A DNA stretch of 64,000 bases from assembly GCA_043228905.1 (NCBI GenBank), contig JBHGNT010000098.1, positions 27,695 to 91,694 of the forward strand, in the 5' to 3' direction. Made by a program: the position numbers and the translations under genes. Origin of the DNA: Azolla caroliniana (taxonomy: Eukaryota > Plantae > Polypodiophyta). The notes beneath the pieces are model-generated. The model was given only the letters and a program-made list of their open reading frames with translations. It was not told where the DNA came from and made no database searches. Of this stretch, positions 7,351 to 20,345 are shown piece after piece (positions within the stretch are counted from its first letter, which is position 1; each line of letters opens with the position of its first letter).

Positions 7351-10300
7351 TGTTGAACACGGTGCTCGGCCACAACCGAGGAATAGGATCAACTCACAGA
7401 AAACAGGAAATACAAAATGCACGAAGACAATAGAGAGAAGAGTACACAGGATGTTTTACGTGGAAAACCCTAAATGGGAAAAACCACGGGAGTCCTCAGA
7501 CTCCAACTATCACTATAAACAGAGATGTACAATGGTGAAGCTACAAGGCAACAACCTTGAGCTCACTGTCTTCGCCACAGGCGGCGGTAATACACAGGGG
7601 CAACGACCTCTTCGTCTCTCTTTCACTCTCTCTCTCTCGGCTGCTCTCTTCACTCTTGCACACATAAGAGTGGCAATACACAATAGGCAACAACATACAA
7701 ACAACAGCACTAAACAGTTTGCCCTAAGTCATATTTATACACATATGACTTTCGGGCTATTTACAAATATAGCCTCAAGGGCCCTTGGCAAACATATTCA
7801 CAAATATGTCCCCGCATCCGGATCTCACTCCGGGTACATTCGTCATCCGGCTCCGCAGCCGGGGTCTTCATCATCCGGCTCCGTAGTCGGGGTCTTCATC
7901 ATCCGGCTCCGCAGCTGGGGTCTTCATCATCCGGCTCCGTAACTGGGGTCTTCATCATCCGGCTCCGTAGCCGGGGTCTTCATCATCCGGGTCCGAAACC
8001 GGGTCTTCATCATCCGGATCCGGAACCGGGTCTTCATCCCGATTCCCGGACATCCGACCATCCCATCCGGAGGGACCGTAATCCCAACAAACTCCCCCTT
8101 CACTTCGGCATGGGATGTCTCTCCAATCCGATCCTCTTCCGGCATGCTTCCAGCTTGTCGGGTGTGAGCACCTTGGTCAGCATATCCGACCCGTTCTCGT
8201 CCGTGTGGATCTTCGTCAGCACGAACTCCTTGTCATCTATCCTTTCCCGGATCCAGTGATATCTTCGCTGGATGTGCCTCGTCCGGGAGTGATAGGCCGC
8301 GTTCTTTGCAAGGTGGATGGCACTCTGACTGTCGCAGTAGAGTCGGTACTCCTCCTGCCGGATACCGAGCTCTCTAATGAAGTCCTTCATCCATATTATT
8401 TCTTTGCCGGCTTCAACAGCCGCCATGTACTCCGCCTCCGTGGTTGACAACGCAACCGTCTTCTGCAGCCTCGACTGGCACGAAACAGCTCCCCCTGCAT
8501 ACGTCATCACATACCCTGATGTGGACCGGCTGGTGTCTGCATCAGCCGACATATCCGAATCGGTAAAGCCGTCGAGTTCGGGCTTACCGGAGCCGAATCG
8601 GAGGCACACGTTCGATGTGCCCTTTAAGTATCGGAGTATCCATTTGACCGCGTTCCAGTGCTCCTTGCCGGGATTACTCATATACCGGCTCACCACTCCG
8701 ACTGCGTATCCAATGTCCGGTCGGGTACACACCATTGCGTACATCAAGCTCCCGACGGCAGAGGCATATGGTATCTTCATCATATCCTCCTTTTCAACCT
8801 TTGTCTTGGAACTTTGCTTGCCGGATAACTTGCAGTTTGCCGGGAGGGTCGATCCGACCGGTCTTGCTTCCGACATGTTGAACCGGTGAAGCACCTTTGT
8901 CACGTACTTCTCCTGTGACAGCCACAACTGCTTCTTCTTCCGGTTCCGGATGATGTGCATCCCTAGTATTTGCCTCGCCGGACCCAGGTCCTTCATTGAG
9001 AAGGTTCGGTGAAGCGCTTTCTTCAACATCCGTATCTTGACCTGGTCCCGTCCGACGATCAACATGTCGTCCACGTACAGGAGGAGTATTAGAAAGTCTT
9101 CTCCTTCGAACTTCTTCACAAACACGCAGTGATCGGACTGCGTTTTGTGGTACCCTTCGTCGGTCATGAAAGAGTCGAACTTCCGGTACCATTGCCGGGG
9201 AGCCTGCTTCAGTCCGTAAAGGCTCTTCTTCAACCGGCATACCAGGTGCTCCTTCCCTTTCTTCTCGAATCCTTCCGGTTGCTGCATGTAGATCTCTTCT
9301 TCGAGGTCACCGTGAAGGAATGCCGTCTTCACGTCCATCTGTTCTACCTCGAGGTCCATGCTTGCCGCTATGCTCAGCACCGTACGGATGGAGGTCATCT
9401 TCACTACCGGGGCAAATATCTCATCGAAGTCGACGCCCTTCTTCTGCTAGAACCCCTTCACCACGATCCTGGCTTTGTATCTCGGGGGGTTGCCGGCATC
9501 TCCCGGTTTCAGCTTGAACACCCACTTGTTTCGAAGTGCCCGTTTTCCTTTCGGCAACTCCACAAGTTCATATGTGTGGTTCTCATGCAGGGAATCCATC
9601 TCCTCCTGCATGGCACTTAACCACCTGCGGCTATGGGTGTCAAGCTTTGCTTCTTCAAAACTCTCCGGCTCCCCCTCGGCGGTTAGCAGCACGTGCTCTA
9701 GTTCCGGAAATCTCCGGGGGGCCCTTCTCTCTCTTAGAGGATATCTCCGTTCCGGAGCTTCGGTAACCGGCTCCTCCGTTTCCTCTTCATCCGAATCCAT
9801 TTCGGGATCGGGGCCGGTTCCGGTATCAGTTTCATCTTCCTCGGCCGGTTCTGTTTCTTCACCGTCTTCGGCCGGATCCTCGAGTGCTAACCGGTCCCTT
9901 GCCGGTCGGGACTGCTCTTCGTAGAGTTGATCCTCACCGGTCGACTTGGAGCTCTTCATCTTCTTCTCCGACTCCCAGTCGGCGAGTGTCTTGTCCTCCA
10001 TGAAGATGATATCTCGACTCCTGAATATCTTCTTGTCGATCGGATCCCATACTCGGTAGCCGAACTCGTCATCGCCGTAACCGAGGAATATGCATGGCCG
10101 GGTCTTTGGATCTAGCTTTCCTCTCCGGTCCTTTGCCACATGCACATATGCAAGACACCTGAACACCTTCAGATGCCGGTAGGATACTTCCCTACCGGTC
10201 CACACTCTCTACAGCGTGTCTCCGTCCAAAGGTACTGAGGGTGATCTGTTTATCACGTATGTCGCCGTCGACATTGCCTCAGCCCAAAACCCCTTGGGTA

Positions 10301-12859
10301 ATTTCGCATGCGCCAGCATACTCCGGACCCTCTCCATTATGGTCCGGTTCATCCTCTCGGCCAGCCCGTTCAGTTCCGGCGTCTTCGGCACAGTAAACTC
10401 GAGCCGGATTCCCTTCGAGCGACAGTACTCCTCGAACTGCCCCCGGTATTCCCCTCCGTTATCCGCTCGTATCGCTTTCAGCTTCTTGCCGGATTCCCTT
10501 TCCACTCTCGCGTGGAGTTCTTTGAAGACGGACAATACTTGGTCCTTTGTCTTCAACGGTGTCGTCCACAGCTTCCGGCTATGGTCATCTATGAATGTTA
10601 CGAAGTACTGGGCTCCGCCATGTGACTTCGTTTCTACCTGATACACATCAGTGTGTACCAACTCCAATGGTACACTACGTCTCATCGGTGGTCTTGAGCG
10701 GAAGGAGGTCCAGTTTTGCTTACCGGCCAGACAGTCGGTACACTTCCCCAAGTGTACGTGCTTTACCGGTATCAGGTTGTCTTCGGCAAGCCTCTTCATC
10801 CCCTTCTCGCTCATGTGGCACAGTCTCTTGTGCCACAGCTCACCGGCAGTGTCAGCTGCCACGTTCAGCTCCTCCGGACATAGCCGTGAATTCATCAGGT
10901 ACAGTGTGTTGACCTTCCGGGCCCGAGCCACTATCAGGCTCCCTTTGCTGAACTTCATGACACCGTTCCGGATGCTACCCGTGTAGCCTTCATCGTCTAG
11001 CCTCCCGGCCGAAATCAGGTTCAATCGAACCTCCGAAACGTGTCGGACATCCTTCAGCAGCATCTTGCATCCGGTTGATGTAATCAGCCACACGTCTCCT
11101 ATGCCGGCAATCCGGCATGTACCTTCATTTCCCATCCGGACACAGCCGTGCTCACCGGCTGTGTAGGATGAGAAGTATTTCTTCTCCGGGGTCAGGTGGA
11201 ACGACGCTCCGGAATCGACCACCCAGGTCATCTCTTCACCGGCAAGGTTCAGCTCCCTCTCTTCGGTAATGAGCATTATCTCTTCTTCACTTGCCGCGAG
11301 TGCCGTCGTTCCTTTCCGGTCCTGCCCTCGCCGATCCGGACCTCTCCGGTCCGTGGCTCCCCGGTATGCACCATTTCGCTCCAGTGACTTCTTCGAATCG
11401 GTACCGTCGGTTCCGTTGTCTTTCCGGAAATGCCGACAGTTCTTCTGGAAGTGCCCCGGCTTCCCACAGTAGAAGCATGTAGGTCTCCCCCTCGACTGCG
11501 ACCGTGTCCCCGACTTCTCCCGTCTTTGCGGACTCCGGTTCCGTTGTCTTCCCCGTTCCGATTCGGTAAGCAGCGCCTTCGAGTCGGAGGCCGGTTCTTT
11601 ATCTCTCCGACGCGCTTCTTCATTTAGAATACTTGTCTTTACCGTTAGTAAAGACAAGTTCTCTTCCTTACAGGAGGTGCTGAGAATAACTACCAAGTTC
11701 TCCCAGCTCTCCGGAAGGGTACACATCAGCATGATGGCTTGCATTGCGTCATCCAACGGGAACTTGATCGCCGCAAGCTGGTTCACGAATCCCATGAACG
11801 TGCTGACGTGTTCGACCATGCTCTCGCCGTCCCGGTACTTAAGATTCACTATCTTCCTCATCAGGGATGTCCAGGTCAGAGCATTCTTCCTCTCATACAG
11901 TCCGGACAGCTTCTGCCACATCTCATAGGCGTTCGTATCGTTCGCCACATGTTGCAAAACACTTACATCGACATATTGCCGGATCGTCGCTACGGCTTTC
12001 CGGTTCAGGAGCTTCCACTCCGACTCTATTACCCCCTTGGGTATCTCGGCATTGTCGATCGATTCGTACAGGTCTCGGACGATGAGAAGGTCTTCCATCT
12101 TTATCTTCCAGTCGGCGTAGTTCTGTGAGTTCAACACCATCATGCCCGGAGGCCCACTACCGCCGCCTTCCATTTTCTGTGTTAACCTTGCTCTGATACC
12201 AGTTTGTTGAACACGGTGCTCGGCCACAACCGAGGAATAGGATCAACTCACAGAAAACAGGAAATACAAAATGCACGAAGACAATAGAGAGAAGAGTACA
12301 CAGGATGTTTTACGTGGAAAACCCTAAATGGGAAAAACCACGGGAGTCCTCAGACTCCAACTATCACTATAAACAGAGATGTACAATGGTGAAGCTACAA
12401 GGCAACAACCTTGAGCTCACTGTCTTCGCCACAGGCAGCGGTAATACACAGGGGCAACGACCTCTTCGTCTCTCTCTCACTCTCTCTCTCTCGGCTGCTC
12501 TCTTCACTCTTGCACACATAAGAGTGGCAATACACAATAGGCAACAACATACAAACAGCAGCACTAAACAGTTTGCCCTAAGTCATATTTATACACATAT
12601 GACTTTCGGGCTATTTACAAATATAGCCTCAAGGGCCCTTGGCAAACATATTCACAAATATGTCCCCGCATCCGGATCTCACTCCGGGTACATTCGTCAT
12701 CCGGCTCCGCAGCCGGGGTCTTCATCATCCGGCTCCGTAGCCGGGGTCTTCATCATCCGGGTTCGAAACCGGGTCTTCATCATCCGGATCCGGAACCGGG
12801 TCTTCATCCCGATTCCCGGACATCCGGCCATCCCATCCGGAGGGACCGTAATCCCAACA
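7351..12859 (-). mobile_element. Ty1/Copia (Tork/Tnt1-like) element B, full length
   Basis: LTRs 7351-8089 (739 bp) and 12205-12859 (655 bp); TSD ATAAT. PBS TGGTATCAGAGC (tRNA-iMet) 12190-12201; PPT next to 8090. Confidence 0.96.
8100..12173 (-). pseudogene. Copia gag-pol polyprotein with two premature TAG stops (about 10209 and 9447)
   Basis: Three in-frame ORFs, collinear with the intact copies at 38487 and 56918; YVDD RT motif. Confidence 0.93.
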
Positions 12860-15800
12860 ATAATTAGTAGTCCAGAGCATCCCATTGTCCTAGGATTACC
12901 TTGGTTTGAATTACATAATCCAGCCATAGATTGGAGAACAAGAGAAGTCCGATATCGACCACCCCAAGAATCCACTCACCAAGTTTCGACCATTTCACTC
13001 CATCAACTACGCGAAGAAGGACCCAAGGAGGCAATGTTCCTATTTGCAATATCAGTACATCCTTCCAGCACTATTAAGAAGGACTCCTCAGTACAACTTC
13101 CAGCAAAATATCATCCTTATGCCGATGTATTTAACACGGTAAAAGCCGGTACCCTTCCTCATCACCGTCCCTATGACTGTCCCATCGATTTACAACCAGG
13201 AACCGAGCCACCATGGGGACCAATTTACAACTTGTCACCCACCGAGTTAGAAGTCCTTTGAGCCTACATAGAGGAGAACTTGGCAAGCGGGTTCATCCGC
13301 CATTCGAAATCTCCGGCCGGTGCACCCATCTTCTTTGTCAAGAAGAAAGATGGCTCACTTCGTCTTGTCGTTGATTACCCCGGATTGAATAAAGTCACCA
13401 TCCGGAATAGGTATGCACTTCCTCTTATATCAAGTCTTTTAGAGCGAGTTAATGGTGCCAAGTTTTTTACTAAAATCGACCTACGAGGAGCGTATAATCT
13501 TGTGTGGATCTGACCGGGAGATGAGTGGAAGACCGCCTTTCGCACGCAGTATGGGCATTTCGAGTATACTGTTATGCCGTTTGGCCTAACCAATGCACCC
13601 GCAGTCTTCCAACACATGGAAAATGATATATTCAGAGACCTCTTGGATATCTGTTTGATCATTTATCTGGATGATCTGTTGATTTATTCGAAGACCCAGG
13701 AAGAGCACGATTCTCATGTACTATTAGTACTAAAGCGACTCCGCGAGAATGGTCTTTATGCCAAGCTAGAAAAATGTAGCTTTGACTGCAAGCAAGTGGA
13801 ATTTCTAGGCTACGTCATCTCCTCAAAGGGCATCGCCATGGATCCAGCTAAAATCCAAACTGTACTAGAGTGGCAAATTCCACGGTCGTACGAGATGTAC
13901 AATGTTTTCTAGGTTTTGCTAACTTCAACCGTAAGTTTATACAGGATTACTCGAAGATTATTTTACCTCTCACACAACTTACAAAGAAGGGCCAAGCATT
14001 TCTTTGGTCCATAGAAGCAGATATGGCTTTTCGGCATCTATAGAAAGCCTTTACATCAGCACTGATTCTAGCTCATGTGGATACAAGCAAACCATTCATC
14101 ATGGAGGCCGACGCATCAGATTTCGCCCTCGGTAGCATCCTTTCTCAACAAGGCGATAAAGAAGAGTTGCATCCGGTGGCTTTCCATTCGCGCAAATTCG
14201 ATGTCGCAAAAATCAACTACGAAATACATGACAAGGAGTTATTAGCCATCGTGGATTCATTTGTACAATGGCGGCATTTCTTAGAGGGCTCTCCACATCA
14301 GGTCATTGTCTTTAGCGATCATAAAAATCTTGCTTATTTTCAGAACGCTCGCGTACTAAATCGACGGCAAGCTCGGTGGGCGCAATTCCTCACGCGTTTC
14401 GACTTCAAAATCACATATCGACCGGGGAAGCAACAAGGAAAAGCAGCTGCACTATCACGGCGTTCATATCTTGCACCTCGTCCTGGTGACGCAACATTTG
14501 ATAATCAAAAGCAAGTAATCTTGGGACCAACACGATTGCACATGACGCGGATTTTTCACACCCCGATGGATTCACGGATTACCGATGACATACATGCAAC
14601 CTTGAAGACGGATAGTTTTGCTCAAGACATCCTAGCGCACATTGATACTTCTCGGGCATCCTGTTCTCAGTCTCAACAACCAGGTATTGACTACCGACAA
14701 TTCGAATATCATGATGGTTTGTTATTCTTTAAAAAGCGCGTATATGTCCCCGATTGCTCCTGTCGCCTTCAAATCGTCCAACATTGTCACGACACCCATA
14801 CGACGGGACATTTCGGTAGTACTAAGACGTTGGAGCTAGTGCAGCGATCTTTTTGGTGGCCCCACATGCGCCGTTTTGTCGACGACTACGTTCGGACCTG
14901 TGATGCTTGTTGCCGAGCAAAGATGCCACGACACCATCCATATGGCTTGTTGGAACCTTTACCGATTCCAACTAAGCCATGGCAGTCTATTTGTCTTGAT
15001 TTTATCACAGATTTGCCGGTCTCAAAGGGGTTCGATGCTATCCTAACCGTCGTCGATCGATATACGAAGATGGCACATTTTGTGCCATGTACTAAAGCCA
15101 TCACTAGCGAGGAAACCGCCGCTCTTGTTATGCGTGAGGTATTTCGGCATCATGGCCTCCCAGATAGTATTATCAGTGACCGAGGCCCGCAATTTGTCTC
15201 CAAATTTTGGCAGCATCTCTTCAAGATGCTCAAGGTCTCCTACAACCTCTCCTCCGGCCACCATCCTCAAACCGACGGACAGGCGGAACGAACAAACCAA
15301 ACGCTGGAGCAATATCTCCGGTGTTTCCTGAGTTATCAATAGGACGATTGGGCCGAGATTCTCCACTTTGCGGAGTTTGCGTATAATAATGCTATTCACT
15401 CCTCGACTCGGGTCTCCCCATTTTTCGCTTATACCGGTTTCCATCCTCGCTGGTCGGTGATCGACACTCCGGAGCCACCTACCAACCCTCGTGCCGAGGA
15501 TCATTTGCAGAGGCTACGCAAGATCCAGATGGATCTCTCTACTCACCTTCGTCATGCTCAACACACACAGAAGACTTATGTGGATCGTCATCGGATTTCC
15601 TCCTCTTTTGCCATCGGAGATTGAGTATGGCTCTTACATCGTCACATCAAGACTACTCGACCGTGCGACAAGTTGGATTATCGACGACTCGGTCCTTTCC
15701 GTATTACAGGGAAGATTAATGATGTCACCTTCCGCCTTGATCTCCCTCCGCAGCTTCAGATACATCCGGTTTTCCATTGTTCTCTTCTTGAGCCTTATAA

Positions 15801-18800
15801 AGCAAACACCATTCCCGATCGTGTGACACCACCGCCACCCCCGCTGGAGTTGGACGTCGGCCCGGAGTATGAAGTTGCTGCCATCCTCGATTCCAAACTT
15901 GTTCGCAACAAACTTTATTACTTGGTCGATTGGCTCGGTTATAGTCCGAGCGAACGTACTTGGGAACCCGTCAAGCATGTTGCCAATGCATAAGATCTTC
16001 TTGCTGATTTCCAGCAGAAGTATCCGGACAAACCCGGTCCGCAATTAGCGCCGACTCGTTCCACTCGTCGTCTTTAAGGGGGAGATAGTGTCATGATATG
16101 GCAAGACTCGAACCCATGACCTTATGTTGCATGGGTCGAGCTCTTACCATTAGACTATGAATGGTATTTTGTAGGATATTATTTTCATTTCTGCTTTATC
16201 ATAGAAAATTGATGTATATTCCAGATCTCTCTGGAACATTCTAGAAGCTTCAGGATTATTCCTAAAAACACTATAAAAGGAGGCACAAGGCATTGTTTTG
16301 AACCAAATTGGTTCAACACCAGTCTTAAGCCTCTTAGCCGATTTGTACTTATCTTTCATATAATATAAGAGCTGTTGTCATCATACTATTTCTCTCTCTT
16401 TCCTCTTCTCACTTCCTCTCTCTCGGGAATCTTACGCAGTCCCGTCCTCTTAGTACTAATAGTACTACTCTTCTTAGTACTAATTCCATCTCTGCTTTAG
16501 TACTATTCCTGACAGTCAGCAATGGTCCTGTCTTCCATGAAGACTATGTTCCGACTCCGGAACACCTTCTTGTCGACCAGATCCCACACCCGGTAACCAA
16601 AATCACCATTGTCGTATCCAAGGAATATGCATGTGCGGGACTTCGGATCCAGCATTTCTCTCTTGTCCTTCACCATATGCACGTATGTGAGACACTACTT
16701 CTGCTCCAAAACGCCTTGGGTAACTTGGCATGTGCGAGCATGCTCCAGACTCTCTCCATTATGGTCTGGTTCATCCGTTCGGCCAGCCCGTTTAGTTCCG
16801 GCGTCTTCGGCACGGTAAATTCGAGCCGGATTCCCTTCGTCTGGCAATACTCCTCGAACTGGCCCTAGCATTCTCCTCCGTTATCTACTCGAACTGGTTG
16901 GTTTCTCTTTCCACTCTCGCGTGGAGTTCAAGGAGTTCCTTGAAGACGGATAACACTTGATCCTCCATCTTCAATGGTGAGACCCACAGCTTCCAGTTGT
17001 GGTCATCTATGAACATCACTAAGTACTGTGATCCGGCATGTGACTTCGTGTCCACATGACACACATCGGTATGCACAAGCTCCTGTGGTGCATTCCATCT
17101 CATCTATGGTCTTGACAAGAACGAGGTTCAGTTTTGCTTGACGTCCAAGAAATCGGTGCACTTCTCAAGTTGCATGTCCATCAACGGAATGAGGTTGTCT
17201 TCAGCAAGCCTCTTCATCCCCTTCTCACTCATGTGACACAACCTCTTACGCCACAACTCATCGGCAGTGTCGAATGCTACGTTCACTTCTTCCCGGTATA
17301 TCCTGGCATGCATCAAGTACAATGTGTTTACCTTCCAGGCTCGAGCCACTATTAGGCTCCCTTTGCTGAACTTCATGACTCCGTTCCGGATGCTACCCAT
17401 GTAGCCTTCATCATCTAGCCAACCGGTTGATATCAGGTTCAATCGAACCTCTAGAACGTGTCGAACATCCTTCAGCAGCAACTTGCATCCAATTGATGTT
17501 GTCAACAACACATCTCCTATGCCGATAATTCGGCATGTCCCTTCATTCCCCATCCGGACACAACTGCGATCTCCAGCTGTGTAGGATGAGAAGCATCTCG
17601 GGTCCGGTGTCAGGTGGAACGACGCTCCGGAATCGACAACCCACGTTGTCTCGTCGCCAATAAGGTTTAACTCATTCTCTTCGATAATGAGCATCAATTC
17701 TTCTTCACTTGTCGTGATTGCTGATGTTCCCTTCCGATCCGACCCTTTCCGGTCCAAACCCTTGTTCGAATCGGCACTATTGATTCCTTTCTCTTTCCAG
17801 AAATGCCGACAGTTCTTCTAGAAGTGCCCCATCTTCCCACAGTAGAAGCAAGTAGGCCTCCCCCTTGACTTCAACCTCGTCCCCGACTTGTCCTGGTTTT
17901 GGGGACTCCAATACCGGCCTCTTCCCCAGTTGTGGTCATCTTCCGTGACCAAGGCCTTTGGATCAGTTCCGGACTCCCGGTCCTTCCGGCGAGCTTCTTC
18001 ATCTAGCAAGCTTGATTTTACCCTTGCTAGGGACAACTAATTTCCTTCCGGCCAGGCGTTGTCCAACGTGACAACTAACGTCTCCCAACTATCCGGAAGG
18101 GAACCGAGCAAGAGCAATCCGAGTACCTATATCTTCGCCAACCAAAGGTTACAACAAAGTATTGCTCTGTATCTCACACACACACTCTCTCTCTATCGCT
18201 CTCTATACAACAGTTACAACAATATGACAACAACATCTATCTAAGTGATTGCCCTAAGTCATATTTATACTTATATGAACTTAGGGCTATTTACAAATAT
18301 AGCCGAGCAATAGGCTTACTCAAACATATTTACAAATATGTCTTCTCTTCCGGTTCTCACCAGATCCATCCGATCTGGTTTCCGGATCTCTTCCGGTTCT
18401 CACCGGGTCCACCCGATTCGGCTTCTGTATCTCTTCCTGTTCTCACCGGGTCTTCTTCATTCATAACCGGATCCCATCTGGAAGGACAAATTTCCCAACA
18501 CTTGTGACCTTTAAACAAGGGTCTTACACTCTAACCGTTACACCCACTTATTTTAATTAATAAATATTTTTTCATATTATTATTATTCAAGGATTATGGG
18601 GCATTAAACACAATAGATGACCACCAAATGGCATGCACGTTGTATACCAAGTGGCACACAACAGGTATGCCAATTGGCGATCATGCACAATTCGATGTAC
18701 ACTATAAATCAAAGATCTGCTTAGTGTTGAACCATTCCGATTCAACACCAGTCATCAGCCACCTTGTAATCTTGGTTTACGCCAATACACATTCTTGTCA

Positions 18801-19245
18801 ACTTGTCCTATTATTGTCTTCTCGTTTGTTGTTATCTTCTTTTCTTGGACGTCGACATTTTCTTCAAAGCTTGGGATGTGACACCGGCCATCCACATTCG
18901 AAGCCGGTCCGGATACCAATCAGGACCCAAGCCAACTATCCGGTGACCGAAAGTTGTGTTTGAAGGGGCATGTTGAGAATCAAACTCAACTTCCCTAGTG
19001 TGGGAACACAACTTAGGAGCATCCAAGTGTGTGAACACCCCACTACTTTATATCATAACTAATGTGTCATAGAACTTAACTCTTATGACACATAGTGGGT
19101 AGTGAGTTAAGTCTCCACCTCTTTCCCAAGCGGTAGTTATAGTAAGAGAGTATAGAGACAAGGTGACTACATAAGCATCTTCTTGTTAATATACAGTTTT
19201 ATGTATACCTATGTTTTCACTCTCTCTCTCTCTCTCTCTCTCTCT

Positions 19246-19276
<31 letters not shown>

Positions 19277-19919
19277 TTCTTCCGCTGCACAGAATGACAC
19301 TCGATTCTTTATAACAACTAACTTGAATTTAATAACTATGATATCAGGATTGGAATTGAGATTTGGCATAAAATTCATGATGAGCTCAATCACACAACCT
19401 TCCTTGACTTCATCCACTTCACGGTTTCATATATATCACATTTTCCCTCTTCGGTTCTATTCACTCTTGTTCCACTTGACAAAAATTTGAGATTTGAATC
19501 TTTGAGCATTGACGGACACAATGATGTGCCAACCTTCCAATCTTCTCCCACATCAATAACTTTTCATCGAACCTTATATCTTTGTCTCCTTCACCATTGT
19601 TTTTAACTTGGCCTTCCATCACTACCATATGGTTGCTACCATCGTATTTGAGGTATGCATGTGTCTGGTTTATGTCAAGTCCATGCATGTCTTCCGCTTG
19701 AGCTTTCACAAATTCGATACCCTGTTTTTGTTTCTTCACATGCTTTAAAAAATGATCCTTCTCCCCTTCCTTTTATAGCGAGAGAGGTGCCTCATTTGCA
19801 TTGAAATAGAGTTATGGATTTCCCAACTAACCAAACACGGTCAAGCACCATCAACGATGAATGACATCGAAGCGACATTGTTTGAACAGAAAGATATTCT
19901 ACACAAACGTACAACAAAG

Positions 19920-20345
19920 ACTTGCTCGTACGCCTTTATGAGGAGGAGAGATGCATGGGCACACCCGAAATGCTCCCTCGTCAGAATTCGGCCGAACATA
20001 TAAGGAACGGGACGAGAACGGAAACACGAATATTTATACGTCTTTATGAAGAGGAGAGGTGCATGGGCAAGCTTGAAATGCTCCCTCATCACAAAATGGT
20101 CGGAGACACAACAAGAAGGGGGATTAGAACACAAACACGAATGCCCGTACGCCTTTATGAGGAAGGAGGAGAAGTGGATGGGCACGCCTTAAACGCTCCC
20201 TTGTCACAAGGCGGCAGAATGCACAACAAGAAGGGGACGGGAACACAAACACGAATGCCCGTACGCGTTTATGAGGAGGAGAGGTGCATGTGCACGCCCG
20301 AAATGCTTGATCGACACAACACGGCTGAACGCACAAGAAAAAGGG
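19920..20345. repeat. Degenerate tandem repeat, about 4 units of roughly 110-120 bp
   Basis: Recurrent core cgcctttatgaggaggagag-tgcatgggcac-cccgaaatgctc near 19930, 20040, 20150 and 20265. Confidence 0.75.

Larger units (their letters stand above)
6992..16076 (+). pseudogene. Chromovirus pol (PR-RT-RH-IN-chromodomain), split by Copia B and carrying stops/frameshift
   Basis: Fragments 6992-7350, 12865-13261, 13280-13513, 13574-13912, 14077-15342, 15673-15993 (EYEVAAILDSK...LVDWLGY...TWEP). Confidence 0.92.
5263..16514 (+). mobile_element. Ty3/Gypsy chromovirus (Tcn1-like, self-priming), interrupted by Copia B
   Basis: LTRs 5263-5764 and 16089-16514 (about 8 substitutions plus a 76-bp duplication). 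TSD GTCAG; PPT aagggggagatag 16076-16088. Order gag, protease (LLDSGA), RT (YLDD), RNase H, integrase, chromodomain. Confidence 0.95.
1..18500 (-). mobile_element. Degenerate Ty1/Copia (Tork/Tnt1-like) LTR retrotransposon A, host of nested insertions at 473-4011 and 5263-16514
   Basis: 3' LTR end at 1-61 (...gatttcccaaca) followed by the PPT complement ctcccccttc. Matching partial 5' LTR at about 18101-18500 (...tttcccaaca). RNase H/RT fragments 177-467 and 4017-5257; integrase/protease/zinc-knuckle fragments 16520-18100 with stops, frameshifts and deletions. Confidence 0.85.

Noticed and set aside
6992-7942. 316-aa ORF (and 12305-13261) as novel fusion genes
   Set aside because: Read-through between the chromovirus protease and the antisense Copia LTR at the insertion junctions.
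7841-8040. 27-28-bp repeats as a CRISPR array (also 38281-38400, 56660-56830)
   Set aside because: Head-to-tail units without unique spacers, inside Copia LTRs; no cas genes; eukaryotic context.
8377-9924. Antisense ORFs conserved across Copia B, C and D
   Set aside because: Shadow frames of near-identical, GC-rich pol copies.
19461-19739. 92-aa minus-strand ORF as a host gene
   Set aside because: No recognisable domain, non-ATG start, no clear splice structure.
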